The notes: a model not told the origin generated them from the sequence alone. A stretch of 32,000 bases of DNA from Neisseria sp. DTU_2020_1000833_1_SI_GRL_NUU_006 (GCA_032388755.1 CP135593.1:2275263-2307262), one strand, 5' to 3'. Counted from the stretch's first letter, positions 1 to 9,134 are shown. Made by a program: numbers and translations.

Positions 1-1734
1 GCCACCCACATGGGCAGCCGCCTCTTGGCACTCTGGCTGCACCACCCCTTACGCAGCCGCGCCCACATCCGCGCCCGCCAAGAAGCCGTTGCCGCACTGG
101 GTTCGCAATACGAAACCCTGCAAGGCCGTCTGAAAAACATCGCGGACATCGAACGCATCGCCGCCCGCATCGCCGTCGGCAACGCCCGCCCGCGCGATCT
201 CGCCGCCCTGCGCGACAGCCTGTTTGCCCTGTCCGAAATCGAACTGTCCGCCGAGGGCAGCAGCCTTTTGGAAACCCTCAAAGCCGTTTTCCCCGAAACC
301 CTGCCCGTCGCCGAAACCCTCAAAGCCGCCGTGATGCCCGAACCCGCCGTCTGGCTCAAAGACGGCGGCGTCATCAACCAAGGCTATTCCACAGAACTCG
401 ACGAGTTGCGCCACATCCAAAACCACGGCGATGAATTCCTGCTCGACCTCGAAGCGCGCGAACGCGAACGCACCGGCCTCTCCACCCTCAAAGTCGAGTT
501 CAACCGCGTCCACGGTTTCTACATCGAGCTATCCAAAGTCCAGGCCGAACAAGCCCCCGCCGACTACAAACGCCGCCAGACCCTGAAAAACGCCGAACGC
601 TTCATCACCCCCGAACTCAAAACCTTCGAAGACAAAGTCCTGACCGCGCAAGAGCAGGCATTGGCATTGGAAAAACGCCTGTTTGAAGCCCTCCTCAAAG
701 ACATTCAGACGACCCTTCCCCAGCTTCAAAAAGCCGCCAAAGCCGCCGCCGCCCTCGACGTACTCTCCACCTTCGCCGCTACCGCCGCCGAACGCGGCTT
801 CGTCTGCCCAGAGTTCGCCGACTACCCCGTCATCCATATCGAAAACGGCCGCCATCCCGTCGTCGAGCAACAAGTGCGCCACTTCACCGCCAACCACACC
901 CGCCTCGACCACAAACACCGCCTCATGCTCCTGACCGGCCCCAACATGGGCGGCAAATCCACCTACATGCGCCAAGTCGCCCACATCGTCCTTATGGCGC
1001 ACACCGGCAGCTTCGTCCCCGCCGACGCCGCCCAAATCGGACCCATCGACCAAATCTTCACCCGCATCGGCGCTTCCGACGACCTTGCCTCTAACCGCTC
1101 CACCTTCATGGTCGAAATGAGCGAAACCGCCTACATCCTCCACCACGCCACCGACCAATCCCTCGTCCTCATGGACGAAGTCGGACGCGGCACCTCCACC
1201 TTCGACGGCCTCGCCCTCGCACACGCCATCGCCGAACACCTGCTGCAAAAAAACAAATCCTTCAGCCTCTTCGCCACCCACTATTTCGAGCTGACCAAAC
1301 TGCCCGAAGCCCACGCAACGGCGGTCAACATGCACCTCTCCGCACTCGAACAGGGACAAGACATCGTCTTCCTCCACCACATCGAACCCGGCCCCGCCAG
1401 CAAAAGCTACGGCATCGCCGTCGCCAAACTCGCCGGCCTGCCCAACCGCGCCCTCAAAGCCGCTCAAAAACATCTGGACGAACTCGAAGCCCAAGCCGCC
1501 GCCGTCCGCCCGCAGTTGGACATCTTCAGCACCCTGTCGTCTGAAAACGAATACAGCGGGTTTAGTCCAGACGAAACGGCGGATATAGAATCCCAAACCG
1601 CCGCAAGCCAAGAAAACCCCGTCCACCACGCACTCGCCGAAGCCCTAAACCAAATCCGCCCCGACGACCTCACCCCACGCGAAGCCTTGGATGCTTTGTA
1701 TCGTTTGAAGCAGATTGCCGAAGGCGGGGAATAA
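1..1734 (+). CDS. mutS: DNA mismatch repair protein MutS, C-terminal ~575 aa (5' end upstream of window)
   Basis: Frame 1 is open from base 1. Translation shows the MutS ATPase domain (LLTGPNMGGKSTYMRQ Walker A, STFMVEMSE, LMDEVGRGTSTFDG, GPASKSYGI). Stop at 1732-1734. Confidence 0.95.
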   Translation, partial: ATHMGSRLLALWLHHPLRSRAHIRARQEAVAALGSQYETLQGRLKNIADIERIAARIAVGNARPRDLAALRDSLFALSEIELSAEGSSLLETLKAVFPETLPVAETLKAAVMPEPAVWLKDGGVINQGYSTELDELRHIQNHGDEFLLDLEARERERTGLSTLKVEFNRVHGFYIELSKVQAEQAPADYKRRQTLKNAERFITPELKTFEDKVLTAQEQALALEKRLFEALLKDIQTTLPQLQKAAKAAAALDVLSTFAATAAERGFVCPEFADYPVIHIENGRHPVVEQQVRHFTANHTRLDHKHRLMLLTGPNMGGKSTYMRQVAHIVLMAHTGSFVPADAAQIGPIDQIFTRIGASDDLASNRSTFMVEMSETAYILHHATDQSLVLMDEVGRGTSTFDGLALAHAIAEHLLQKNKSFSLFATHYFELTKLPEAHATAVNMHLSALEQGQDIVFLHHIEPGPASKSYGIAVAKLAGLPNRALKAAQKHLDELEAQAAAVRPQLDIFSTLSSENEYSGFSPDETADIESQTAASQENPVHHALAEALNQIRPDDLTPREALDALYRLKQIAEGGE

Positions 1735-1750
1735 ACGCGTTGGTTCATTG

Positions 1751-1786
1751 AAAAAGGTCGTCTGAAAATTTTCAGACGACCTTTTT
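1751..1786 (+). terminator. Inverted DUS pair hairpin (aaaaaggtcgtctgaaaattttcagacgaccttttt) downstream of mutS
   Basis: Perfect inverted repeat of AGGTCGTCTGAA followed by a T run, 17 nt after the mutS stop. Confidence 0.8.
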
Positions 1787-1811
1787 AGTAGCGTGGGCTT
1801 TGCACGCGAAA

Positions 1812-1967
1812 TATAGTGGATTAACTTTAACCGGTACGGCGTTGCCTCGCCTCAGCTCAAAGAGAACGATTCTCTAAGGTGCTGAAGCACCAAGTGAATC
1901 GGTTCCGTACTATCTGTACTGTCTGCGGCTTCGCCGCCTTGTCCTGATTTAAATTTAATCCACTATA
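1812..1967. mobile_element. Correia repeat-enclosed element, full-length (~156 bp)
   Basis: Terminal inverted repeats tatagtggattaac...ttaatccactata. The interior matches the canonical Correia core (gagaacgattctctaaggtgctgaagcaccaagtgaatcggttccgtac). Confidence 0.9.
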
Positions 1968-1995
1968 AATAACAGACACAGTTCCCGATTCAGAC

Positions 1996-2687
1996 AACCT
2001 GCTCCCTCTCCCATCCGGCGGGAGAGGGCTGGGGAGAGGGTGGCTTTATGGGCTACACGAAGCCGATTTTGCCTAAACCCACAAAACCACCCCCATCCTA
2101 ACCTTCCCCCGCCTGACGGGGGAAGGAACAGGTTACCGTTGCAGCCACCCGTAGCGTGGGTTTTATCCACGAGATAAATAACAGACACGGTTTCCGGATT
2201 CGGGTTGTCAGATAGTGGATTTCGAGGGCAAAGCCCACGCTACGGGTTCAGTTATCCCAAACCAGTTTTGATTGAATAAACGAGGTCGTCTGAAAACGAG
2301 CATGAACAAGTTTTTCTAAACTAAAATCTCAAAATTTTCAGACGACCTTAATTTTAACCTGCAGCCTGCCCCCTCGCCCGTCTGGCGGGAGAGGGCTGGG
2401 CAGCGGGTGGATCTTACGGCTACACAAATCCGATTTTACCTAAACCCACAAACCCACAAACCCACCCCCATCCTAACCTTTCCCCGCCAGACGGGGGAAG
2501 GGATAAGTTACCGTTACAACCATCCGTAGCGTGGATTCTACCCACGAGATAAATAACAGGTATAACGGATTTAGATTTGCAGACGGCAAGTTCGCAGGCA
2601 AAGCTCACGTACTTGAGTTTTCCCAAACCAACTTTCATTTCATAAATGGTCGTCTGAAGACCAAAATTCAGGTTTCAGACGACCTTA
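1996..2687. repeat. Two tandem copies (~1996-2351 and ~2356-2687) of a ~335-360-bp non-coding repeat unit
   Basis: The two units align over most of their length. Each has two GC hairpins (ccctctccc-N7-gggagaggg and ccttccccc-N7-gggggaagg, or their variants in copy 2), a conserved tract (cgtagcgtgg...ccacgagataaataacag) and a terminal inverted DUS pair. Confidence 0.8.
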
Positions 2688-2727
2688 AAAAGACTACAAT
2701 CAGTGTTACTCATAAAGGTTAACCATC

Positions 2728-3264
2728 ATGAAACACATATTTCAAACTATCCTGACCGCCGCCTTAATCCCTCTTCTTGCCTCATGCGGCTTCTCAACAG
2801 GCAAACACCGTCCGACGGCCAACACCCACGCTTCTGCCCGAAAAGTCCAACCCGTCCGCATCAGCAATATCGACCACACACAAGGTTCGCAAGAGCTGAT
2901 GCTGCACAGCATGGGTCTTATCGGTACGCCGTACAAATGGGGCGGCAGCACTACTTCTACCGGTTTTGATTGCAGCGGCATGATTCAATTTGTCTATAAA
3001 AACGCCCTCGGTGTCAGCCTGCCGCGCACCGCCCGCGATATGGCGGCGGCCAGCCGTAAAATCCCCGACAGCCGCCTTAAGGCAGGCGATCTCGTTTTCT
3101 TCAACACAGGCGGCGCGGACAAATATTCGCACGTCGGCCTATACATCGGCAACGGTGAATTCATCCATGCGCCAAGCAGCGGCAAAACCATTAAAACCGA
3201 AAAACTCTCCAGCCCGTTTTACGCGAAGAATTATTTGGGCGCGCATACCTTCTTTACCGACTGA
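2728..3264 (+). CDS. NlpC/P60 (C40) family peptidoglycan hydrolase lipoprotein
   Basis: Lipobox LLASC at residues 16-20. Catalytic-domain signature GTPYKWGG..GFDCSGM...YSHVGLYIGNGEFIHAP. Confidence 0.9.
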   Translation: MKHIFQTILTAALIPLLASCGFSTGKHRPTANTHASARKVQPVRISNIDHTQGSQELMLHSMGLIGTPYKWGGSTTSTGFDCSGMIQFVYKNALGVSLPRTARDMAAASRKIPDSRLKAGDLVFFNTGGADKYSHVGLYIGNGEFIHAPSSGKTIKTEKLSSPFYAKNYLGAHTFFTD

Positions 3265-3397
3265 AAAACAGCAAATCAGCAATCGGTATAACGGTCCGTT
3301 TGGTTTTTTATGCGGTATCTATTATCATCATTCCTGCACACGAATGATGAGCTGAGCAGTCGGCTATATCGTCAATCCAAATCGGAAATGCTGATAA

Positions 3398-3440
3398 AAA
3401 AGGTCGTCTGAAACCAAGATTTGGGTTTCAGACGACCTTT
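3398..3440. terminator. Inverted DUS pair hairpin between convergent genes
   Basis: aaaggtcgtctgaaacc...ggtttcagacgaccttt lies between the NlpC/P60 gene (+) and the OMP gene (-). Confidence 0.75.
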
Positions 3441-3456
3441 GTCTGTTTAAAAAAGA

Positions 3457-3993
3457 TTATTTGAAGCGGTAGCCGACAGTAGCCATGTAGCTGTTATTGC
3501 GGACTTTCAAGCCGTCTTTTTTATAACGGGTTTGCTCCCATTCTGCGCCGACTTCGACATTCGGTGCAACGGCGTATTTCGCGCCTACGCCGTAGCCGAG
3601 ACCGTTCATATTGTTGCGTTTCGCGCCCAGATTGTCGAAGCGGCCGTAGTGGTAGCCGACTTTACCGTAGGCCATCACATCGTCATTGAAACGGTAGCCT
3701 TGGACGTAGGAAACGTTGGCATCGACTTTTTGTTTCGCATTGCCTGCGATTTTGCGGTTCAGCGGTTTGACGCCGGCTTCAACGCCGCCAATCCAGTTGG
3801 TTTGTCCGAATTGTGTGTTGTAGCTGCCGCGTACGGCGACGTCGCCTTTGGTTTTTTCGTTCAGATTGACATTGCGGACATCGCTTTTGGTTGCGCCCGC
3901 GCCGACTTCCAAGCCTGCGCCGGTAAAAGAACCGTCAGCGAAAGTGATGGCGGAAGCGGTAGCCAATAAAACAGTCAGTAGGGTTTTTTTCAT
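3457..3993 (-). CDS. Small outer-membrane beta-barrel protein (NspA/Opa/OmpX-like)
   Basis: Signal peptide MKKTLLTVLLATASAITFA. Alternating amphipathic strands. C-terminal ...ATVGYRFK, with overall similarity to NspA-type 8-stranded barrels. RBS aaggag upstream. Confidence 0.75.
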   Translation of the reverse strand: MKKTLLTVLLATASAITFADGSFTGAGLEVGAGATKSDVRNVNLNEKTKGDVAVRGSYNTQFGQTNWIGGVEAGVKPLNRKIAGNAKQKVDANVSYVQGYRFNDDVMAYGKVGYHYGRFDNLGAKRNNMNGLGYGVGAKYAVAPNVEVGAEWEQTRYKKDGLKVRNNSYMATVGYRFK

Positions 3994-4333
3994 GATAATG
4001 CTCCTTCACGGATAAACAGGAAGCGTGTTTCTGCTTCCGACAAATCCAGTATCGGATGCTTGCGGATGAGCCGCAACCGCCTTTGCCGAGGCGTTACCCA
4101 TTTTCGCAAGTACTTAACGTTTGTAATTTGTTGGAACTGCTGAATTTGTGTCGTCTGAAAAATCAGATGCGTGATTTTTAATTTGCGTAAAGTACGATGA
4201 AAAGTATCAAGATTTATGAACGTTTTTGAGTGAAGATGGAGCAATCGGTTACGACTTCGGGTTATATAAAAATGATGGTAGGTTGAAAGTCGGTTTACAT
4301 TGGTTAGTGTGGCTTTATTGCCATAAGGGAGAG

Positions 4334-4377
4334 AAAGGTCGTCTGAAAATTTTGTTTTGAGTTTTCAGACGACCTTT
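4334..4377. terminator. Inverted DUS pair hairpin
   Basis: aaaggtcgtctgaaaattttgttttgagttttcagacgaccttt. Confidence 0.6.
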
Positions 4378-4535
4378 GTTATGTCGGGCTTGAATGGTTT
4401 CTCTGATTTCTTGATACGAAGGATAAATCATGGAGTAACCCGCCGCCGAAGAAATGAAAAAATTCTGATGAAGAAGCTCGAGCTATTAAAGAACAAGGCA
4501 AGGTTTTTTAAAAGGAAATGCGACCATATAGATAG

Positions 4536-4988
4536 CTAATTGTTTTCGAATTTCAAATAACGCCACAGCAAACCTAAGCCCAAGACGCTGCATATCAGAT
4601 AAATGATGCTGGAAATGCCGTGCCACATGCCGAAAGAGCCGCCCAATAACGAAAGCAGCCAGTTTTCCGTGCCCGCCTTGTGTGCTGCGATAACAGGACT
4701 TATCAGGAATTGGTTGGACGCGGTCAGCAGCAGAAGGAGGATAATGAATTTCGGCGCGACTTTGCCGTTGTCGGAAAATGAACGGTTGCGCTCACTCCGC
4801 ACTACCAGCCAAGCCATTGTCCAGGCGAGTAGGCCGAAATAATTGTTGATTGAAAACAGCACGCCGGCGATATTGCCTGCTTCCTGTTTGCCAAGCCGTT
4901 CAAATAAAATCGGGGCGGCAACATAGCCCGCCATTACCTGCATACCCAGCCACAAGCTGGTCAGCAATGTGCACAATCGGTTCATCAT
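4536..4988 (-). CDS. Integral membrane protein, 4 predicted TM helices (DUF4149-like)
   Basis: Hydrophobic ORF. The start is more likely the ATG-ATG at 4988/4985 (MMNRLCTLLTSLWLG...) than the ORF-track start at 5024. Confidence 0.6.
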   Translation of the reverse strand: MMNRLCTLLTSLWLGMQVMAGYVAAPILFERLGKQEAGNIAGVLFSINNYFGLLAWTMAWLVVRSERNRSFSDNGKVAPKFIILLLLLTASNQFLISPVIAAHKAGTENWLLSLLGGSFGMWHGISSIIYLICSVLGLGLLWRYLKFENN

Positions 4989-5195
4989 TTTGTCCTGAAA
5001 TTCAAATCTGCCGCATACTAACATAGTTTTCAGACGACCTGAGGCTCACGCCGCCTTACGCCAAATCCGATCCGTCCTGCGGATGCGGATAAATGCAAAC
5101 CCAGCGAGCGTAAAAGCAAATCATCCCTATAACTAAAAGAAGGGAAACAACAGCATCCGGTTTGCTGGACGAAATGATCAAAGGTCTCGAGGAAA

Positions 5196-5306
5196 TATAG
5201 TGGGTTAACTTTAAACCGGTACGGCGTTACCTCGCCTTGCCGTACCGTACTATCTGTACTGTCTGCGGCTTCGTCGCCTTGTCCTGTTTAAATTTAATCC
5301 ACTATA
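5196..5306. mobile_element. Correia element, short (~110 bp) internally deleted form
   Basis: tatagtgggttaac...ttaatccactata termini. It lacks the central ~50 bp present in the copy at 1812-1967. Confidence 0.85.
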
Positions 5307-5308
5307 AC

Positions 5309-5353
5309 AAAGGTCGTCTGAAAACTTGGTTCTTGGGTTTTCAGACGACCTTT
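5309..5353. terminator. Inverted DUS pair hairpin downstream of pilU
   Basis: aaaggtcgtctgaaaacttggttcttgggttttcagacgaccttt, 22 nt beyond the pilU stop. Confidence 0.75.
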
Positions 5354-5374
5354 GTCTTACCTGAAATCGGGTGT

Positions 5375-6607
5375 TTACGAAATCAGGTTCAAATCGCTGA
5401 TGCGGTCGTAGAGGCGGTCGGGGTCGTTGCCTTCTTCGTGCATTTGGATGCGCAGGCGCAGGTCGTTGGTGGAAACGGCTTGACGCAGGGCTTCGTCGTA
5501 TTCGATTTGACCTTGGATGTAGAGTTCGAACAGGTGTTGGTCGAAGGTCTGCATGCCGTCTGTGCCGGAGCGCATCATGAGTTCGCGGATTTCCATGAGT
5601 TCGCCTTTGAAAATCAAATCCTGCATGGCGGGTGTGTTGAGCAGCAGGTCGACGACGGCGGTACGCTGGCTGCGGTTTTTCTTGATGGCGAGGCGTTGGC
5701 CGATGATGCCGGTCAGGTTGAGCGCCAAATCCATGAGGACTTGTTTGCGTCGGTCTTCTTGGTAGAAGTTGATGATACGCTCGATGGTTTGGGCGGCGGT
5801 GTTGGCGTGGATGGTGAAGACGCACAAGTGGCCGGTTTGGGCAAGCTGGAGGGCGTATTCCATACTGGCTTCGCTGCGCACCTCGCCGATACAGACGACG
5901 TCAGGCGCTTGACGCATCGCGCTTTGGACGGCGATTTTCCAGTCGTTGGTGTCGATCCCGACTTCGCGCTGGGTGAAAATGCTGCGGCGGGGTTTGTAGA
6001 TGAATTCGATCGGGTCTTCGATGGTGACGATATGGCCGGGCATTTTGTGGTTGCGGTAGTCGAGCATGGATGCCATGGTGGTCGATTTACCGGAACCGGT
6101 CGGGCCGGCAAGGATCAGCAGGCCGCGCGGGGAAAGGGAGAGGTCTTTGAGTTTGGCGGGCAGGCCGAGGCTCTCCATTTCGGGGATTTCTTGGTTGATG
6201 CGGCGCAAGACCATGCCGACGCGGCCTTGTTCGTGGTAGGCGTTGACACGGTAACGGGTGTTGCTGCGGGATTGGACGGAGTAGTTGAGTTCCCATTCGC
6301 GGTTGAAGGTTTCAAGCTGCTCGGGGTTCATGGTGGATTCGACGATGGCGGCTGTGTCTTCGCCGGTCAGGGCTTTGTGCGGGACGGGGGTTAGGGTGCC
6401 GCTGACTTTGACGGCAGGCGGGAAGCCTGCGCTGATGAAGATGTCGGATGCGCCGCGTTTTTCTGCTTCGACGCACATGCGGTCGAGCAGGGGATGGAGG
6501 TGTGTGCCGATTTCGGCGGGGGTGGGGATGTGCGGCGGTTGGTTTTTTTGCGAGTAGGCTTGCACCATTTCGCTGAGTAAGTCGTGTAAAGGAGTTGTTT
6601 CGCTCAT
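5375..6607 (-). CDS. pilU: Type IV pilus retraction-type ATPase PilU
   Basis: 410 aa. PilT-family ATPase motifs (GPTGSGKST, IVTIEDPIEF, GEVRS, GHLCVFTIHA, GMQTFDQ). Lies directly downstream of pilT, as in the Neisseria pilT-pilU operon. Confidence 0.9.
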   Translation of the reverse strand: MSETTPLHDLLSEMVQAYSQKNQPPHIPTPAEIGTHLHPLLDRMCVEAEKRGASDIFISAGFPPAVKVSGTLTPVPHKALTGEDTAAIVESTMNPEQLETFNREWELNYSVQSRSNTRYRVNAYHEQGRVGMVLRRINQEIPEMESLGLPAKLKDLSLSPRGLLILAGPTGSGKSTTMASMLDYRNHKMPGHIVTIEDPIEFIYKPRRSIFTQREVGIDTNDWKIAVQSAMRQAPDVVCIGEVRSEASMEYALQLAQTGHLCVFTIHANTAAQTIERIINFYQEDRRKQVLMDLALNLTGIIGQRLAIKKNRSQRTAVVDLLLNTPAMQDLIFKGELMEIRELMMRSGTDGMQTFDQHLFELYIQGQIEYDEALRQAVSTNDLRLRIQMHEEGNDPDRLYDRISDLNLIS

Positions 6608-6688
6608 TTTGTGTACTCTTTATCAGTAAGTGAATATTGAGACCGGCGGGCGGTTTGTTTGTTATTGGGTGTTGTGCCTGCCTTGCGG

Positions 6689-6749
6689 AGGTCGTCTGAA
6701 AACGGGAAACGGGCTTCCTCGTTGTGTAAACTGCGTTTTCAGACGACCT
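6689..6749. repeat. Inverted DUS pair in the pilT-pilU intercistronic region
   Basis: aggtcgtctgaa (6689-6700) and ttcagacgacct (6738-6749). Confidence 0.7.
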
Positions 6750-6778
6750 GGTTTGTTCCCGATAATGGAATGTGTTTA

Positions 6779-7825
6779 TCAGACGATGGTCATGCTGTCG
6801 CTGTTTTGCGCTTTGCTGCGGGCTACGTCGGGGCTGATGGTACCTTGGCGGACGAGGGTTTGCAGCGCTTGGTCTAGGGTTTGCATGCCGTGTGATTGAC
6901 CGGTTTGCAGCGCGGAGTTGATTTGGGCGATTTTGTTTTCGCGGATCAGGTTGCGCACTGCGGGGGTGGAGATGAGGATTTCGTGTGCGGCGACACGGCC
7001 GTTGCCGTCGCGGGTTTTCAGCAGGGTTTGCGAAATGACCGCGCGCAGGGATTCGGACAGCATGGAACGTACCATTTCTTTTTCGCCGGCAGGGAATACG
7101 TCGACGATACGGTCCACGGTTTTGGCGGCGCCGGTGGTGTGCAGCGTACCGAATACCAAGTGGCCGGTTTCGGCGGCAGTCAGCGCGAGGCCGATGGTTT
7201 CGGGGTCGCGCATCTCGCCCACGAGGATCACGTCGGGGTCTTCACGCAATGCGGAACGCAGGGCGTTGGCGAAGCTGTGGGTGTGTTGGTGCAGTTCGCG
7301 CTGGTTGACGAGGGCTTTTTTACTTTGGTGGACGAACTCGATCGGGTCTTCGATGGTGAGGATGTGTGCGGGTTGGGTTTCGTTGATGTAGTTGATCATT
7401 GCCGCCAGCGTGGTGGATTTACCGGAACCGGTCGGGCCGGTTACCAATACCAAGCCGCGCGGGTTGTCGGCGATTTTTTGGAAAATACGCGGTGCGCGCA
7501 GGTCTTCCAGTGTCAATACGTCGCTCGGAATGGTACGGAAGACGGCGGCAGGGCCGCGGTTGGAGGTAAATGCGTTGACACGGAAACGGGCGACGTTGGG
7601 CAGCTCGAAGGAGAAGTCCACTTCCAAATCTTGTTGGAACAGTTTGCGCTGGTGGTCGTTCATGACCGAAGTAACCATGTTGCCGACTTCTTCGGCGGAC
7701 ATTTCGGGCAGGTTGATGCGGCGGATGTCGCCGTGAACGCGGATCATGGGGGACATTCCGGCGCTTAAGTGAAGGTCGGAAGCTTTGTTTTTGACGCCGA
7801 AAGCGAGTAAGTCGGTAATCTGCAT
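6779..7825 (-). CDS. pilT: Type IV pilus twitching-motility ATPase PilT
   Basis: 348 aa beginning MQITDLLAFGVKNKASDLHLSAG. Motifs GPTGSGKSTT, ILTIEDPIEF, GEMRD, GHLVFGTLHT and GMQTLDQAL. Near-identical in pattern to gonococcal and meningococcal PilT. Confidence 0.95.
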   Translation of the reverse strand: MQITDLLAFGVKNKASDLHLSAGMSPMIRVHGDIRRINLPEMSAEEVGNMVTSVMNDHQRKLFQQDLEVDFSFELPNVARFRVNAFTSNRGPAAVFRTIPSDVLTLEDLRAPRIFQKIADNPRGLVLVTGPTGSGKSTTLAAMINYINETQPAHILTIEDPIEFVHQSKKALVNQRELHQHTHSFANALRSALREDPDVILVGEMRDPETIGLALTAAETGHLVFGTLHTTGAAKTVDRIVDVFPAGEKEMVRSMLSESLRAVISQTLLKTRDGNGRVAAHEILISTPAVRNLIRENKIAQINSALQTGQSHGMQTLDQALQTLVRQGTISPDVARSKAQNSDSMTIV

Positions 7826-8004
7826 AATGTGGCCTTGTTTTAGTTTAGAATAATGAGGCGGAACCCGATTTAAAATGCGGACGCGGAATGCCGGGCATTT
7901 CCCTGTTCAGGTTCCGATAAATTGTATTATTTTAAATACATAAACCGTTCAGACCAAGTAAAATTTTCAAAATCGCTGTAATTGATGTAATAAAGGAAGA
8001 AATC

Positions 8005-8712
8005 ATGTCGGTATTGCAACAAAATTATGCGGAGGTGTGCCGCCGCATTGCCGAAGCCGAGCAAAAGGCGGGCAGGCAGGCGGGCGAAGTGGGTCTGATT
8101 GCCGTCAGCAAAACCTTCCCTTCAGACGACATCCGCGAGGTATATGCCGCAGGGCAGCGTGATTTTGGCGAAAACTATATTCAGGAGTGGTACGAAAAAA
8201 CGGAAACGCTCGCGGATTTGCCCGACATTGTTTGGCACGTCATCGGCGATGTGCAGTCGAACAAGACCAAATTTGTCGCCGAACGCGCGCATTGGGTGCA
8301 TACGATAGGTCGTCTGAAAACCGCCCGCCGCCTGATTGAACAGCGTCCGCCCGAAATGCCGCCTTTGCAGGTGTGCATCGAAGTCAATATCGCGGGCGAG
8401 GAGGCGAAACACGGCGTTGCGCCCGATGAAGCGGTCGTGCTGGGGGTAGAAGTAGCGAAGTTGCCGAATGTGGTTGTGCGCGGGTTGATGTGTGTCGCCA
8501 AAGCTGACAGCGATGATGAAGCATTGCGTGTTCAGTTCCAAACCATGCAGCAACTGCTCGCCGACCTGAACGCGGCGGGTGTCCACGCGGATGTATTGTC
8601 GATGGGGATGTCCGGAGACATGTCTGTGGCAGTCGCATGCGGCGCAACGCATGTGCGCATTGGCAGCGCGATTTTCGGCAGACGGGAACCAAAAGGGAAA
8701 GACAGTCAATAA
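8005..8712 (+). CDS. yggS: YggS-family pyridoxal-phosphate homeostasis protein
   Basis: 235 aa. LIAVSKT (PLP lysine), FGENY.QE and MGMSGD..AV..G.T.VRIG.AIFG motifs. Divergent from pilT, as in many proteobacteria. Confidence 0.9.
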   Translation: MSVLQQNYAEVCRRIAEAEQKAGRQAGEVGLIAVSKTFPSDDIREVYAAGQRDFGENYIQEWYEKTETLADLPDIVWHVIGDVQSNKTKFVAERAHWVHTIGRLKTARRLIEQRPPEMPPLQVCIEVNIAGEEAKHGVAPDEAVVLGVEVAKLPNVVVRGLMCVAKADSDDEALRVQFQTMQQLLADLNAAGVHADVLSMGMSGDMSVAVACGATHVRIGSAIFGRREPKGKDSQ

Positions 8713-9107
8713 AACAGATTATCTCGGTTGTTTTGCTTGGTTTGTCCTTAACGGGTTGTCGGTTGATGGGCTGGTATCCATGTGAGTCCTTATCGGGCTG
8801 GTGTAAGCCCAAAAAGCCGGCAGCAATAGATTTTTGGGAAATTAAAGGCGAGCCGCCGCCTTCTATCGAGGATTTCCGCGGAACACGTTTGGCAGACGGG
8901 AGTTATTCTGTTGACGATAATGCTTACCGTACCGCAGCTAATGATTATTTCATGAGGAAAATCAAAAAGTTTGAAGCTTGCGGACTGGATTGGCACACCC
9001 GCGATAAACGCCCTTTGGCGGAAACTTTCAAACAAGAAGATACTACTTTAGTTGACAATATCATCTTTACACTTAATTTACAAACCATTGATTTGCATAA
9101 TATTTAA
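8637..9107 (+). CDS. Small putative lipoprotein of unknown function
   Basis: Hydrophobic stretch plus lipobox (IISVVLLGLSLTGC). The only ATG/GTG/TTG start in frame is at 8637 and overlaps yggS by 76 nt, so the start is uncertain. Confidence 0.45.
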   Translation: MRRNACAHWQRDFRQTGTKRERQSIKQIISVVLLGLSLTGCRLMGWYPCESLSGWCKPKKPAAIDFWEIKGEPPPSIEDFRGTRLADGSYSVDDNAYRTAANDYFMRKIKKFEACGLDWHTRDKRPLAETFKQEDTTLVDNIIFTLNLQTIDLHNI

Positions 9108-9134
9108 ATTGAGTAATATTTGCACGCAATGATG

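Noticed and set aside
49-1629. Long antisense or alternative-frame ORFs inside mutS (49-513, 529-1629, 683-934). Similar ones occur inside pilU/pilT (5237-6394, 6896-7768 and others), the amidase gene (27833-28654, 27960-28568) and hrpA (31481-31954).
   Set aside because: These are typical shadow ORFs of GC-rich genes. Their translations are low-complexity (G/A/V/R/P-rich) and lack motifs, and the opposite-strand proteins are clearly the real ones.
1955-2722. ORFs 1955-2188(-), 2420-2638(-) and 2531-2722(+), with similar peptides in the two tandem repeat copies.
   Set aside because: The similarity reflects the DNA repeat. The ORFs cross hairpins and DUS terminators and have no RBS.
3325-3350. 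Perfect 9-bp hairpin tcatcattc-N8-gaatgatga downstream of the NlpC/P60 gene.
   Set aside because: It has no T-tract and no recognisable family. The proper DUS-pair terminator follows at 3398-3440.
4357-4539. 60-aa ORF on the plus strand upstream of the membrane-protein gene. Also 3990-4244(-).
   Set aside because: It starts inside a DUS-pair hairpin, has no RBS, and has an implausible basic, low-complexity composition.
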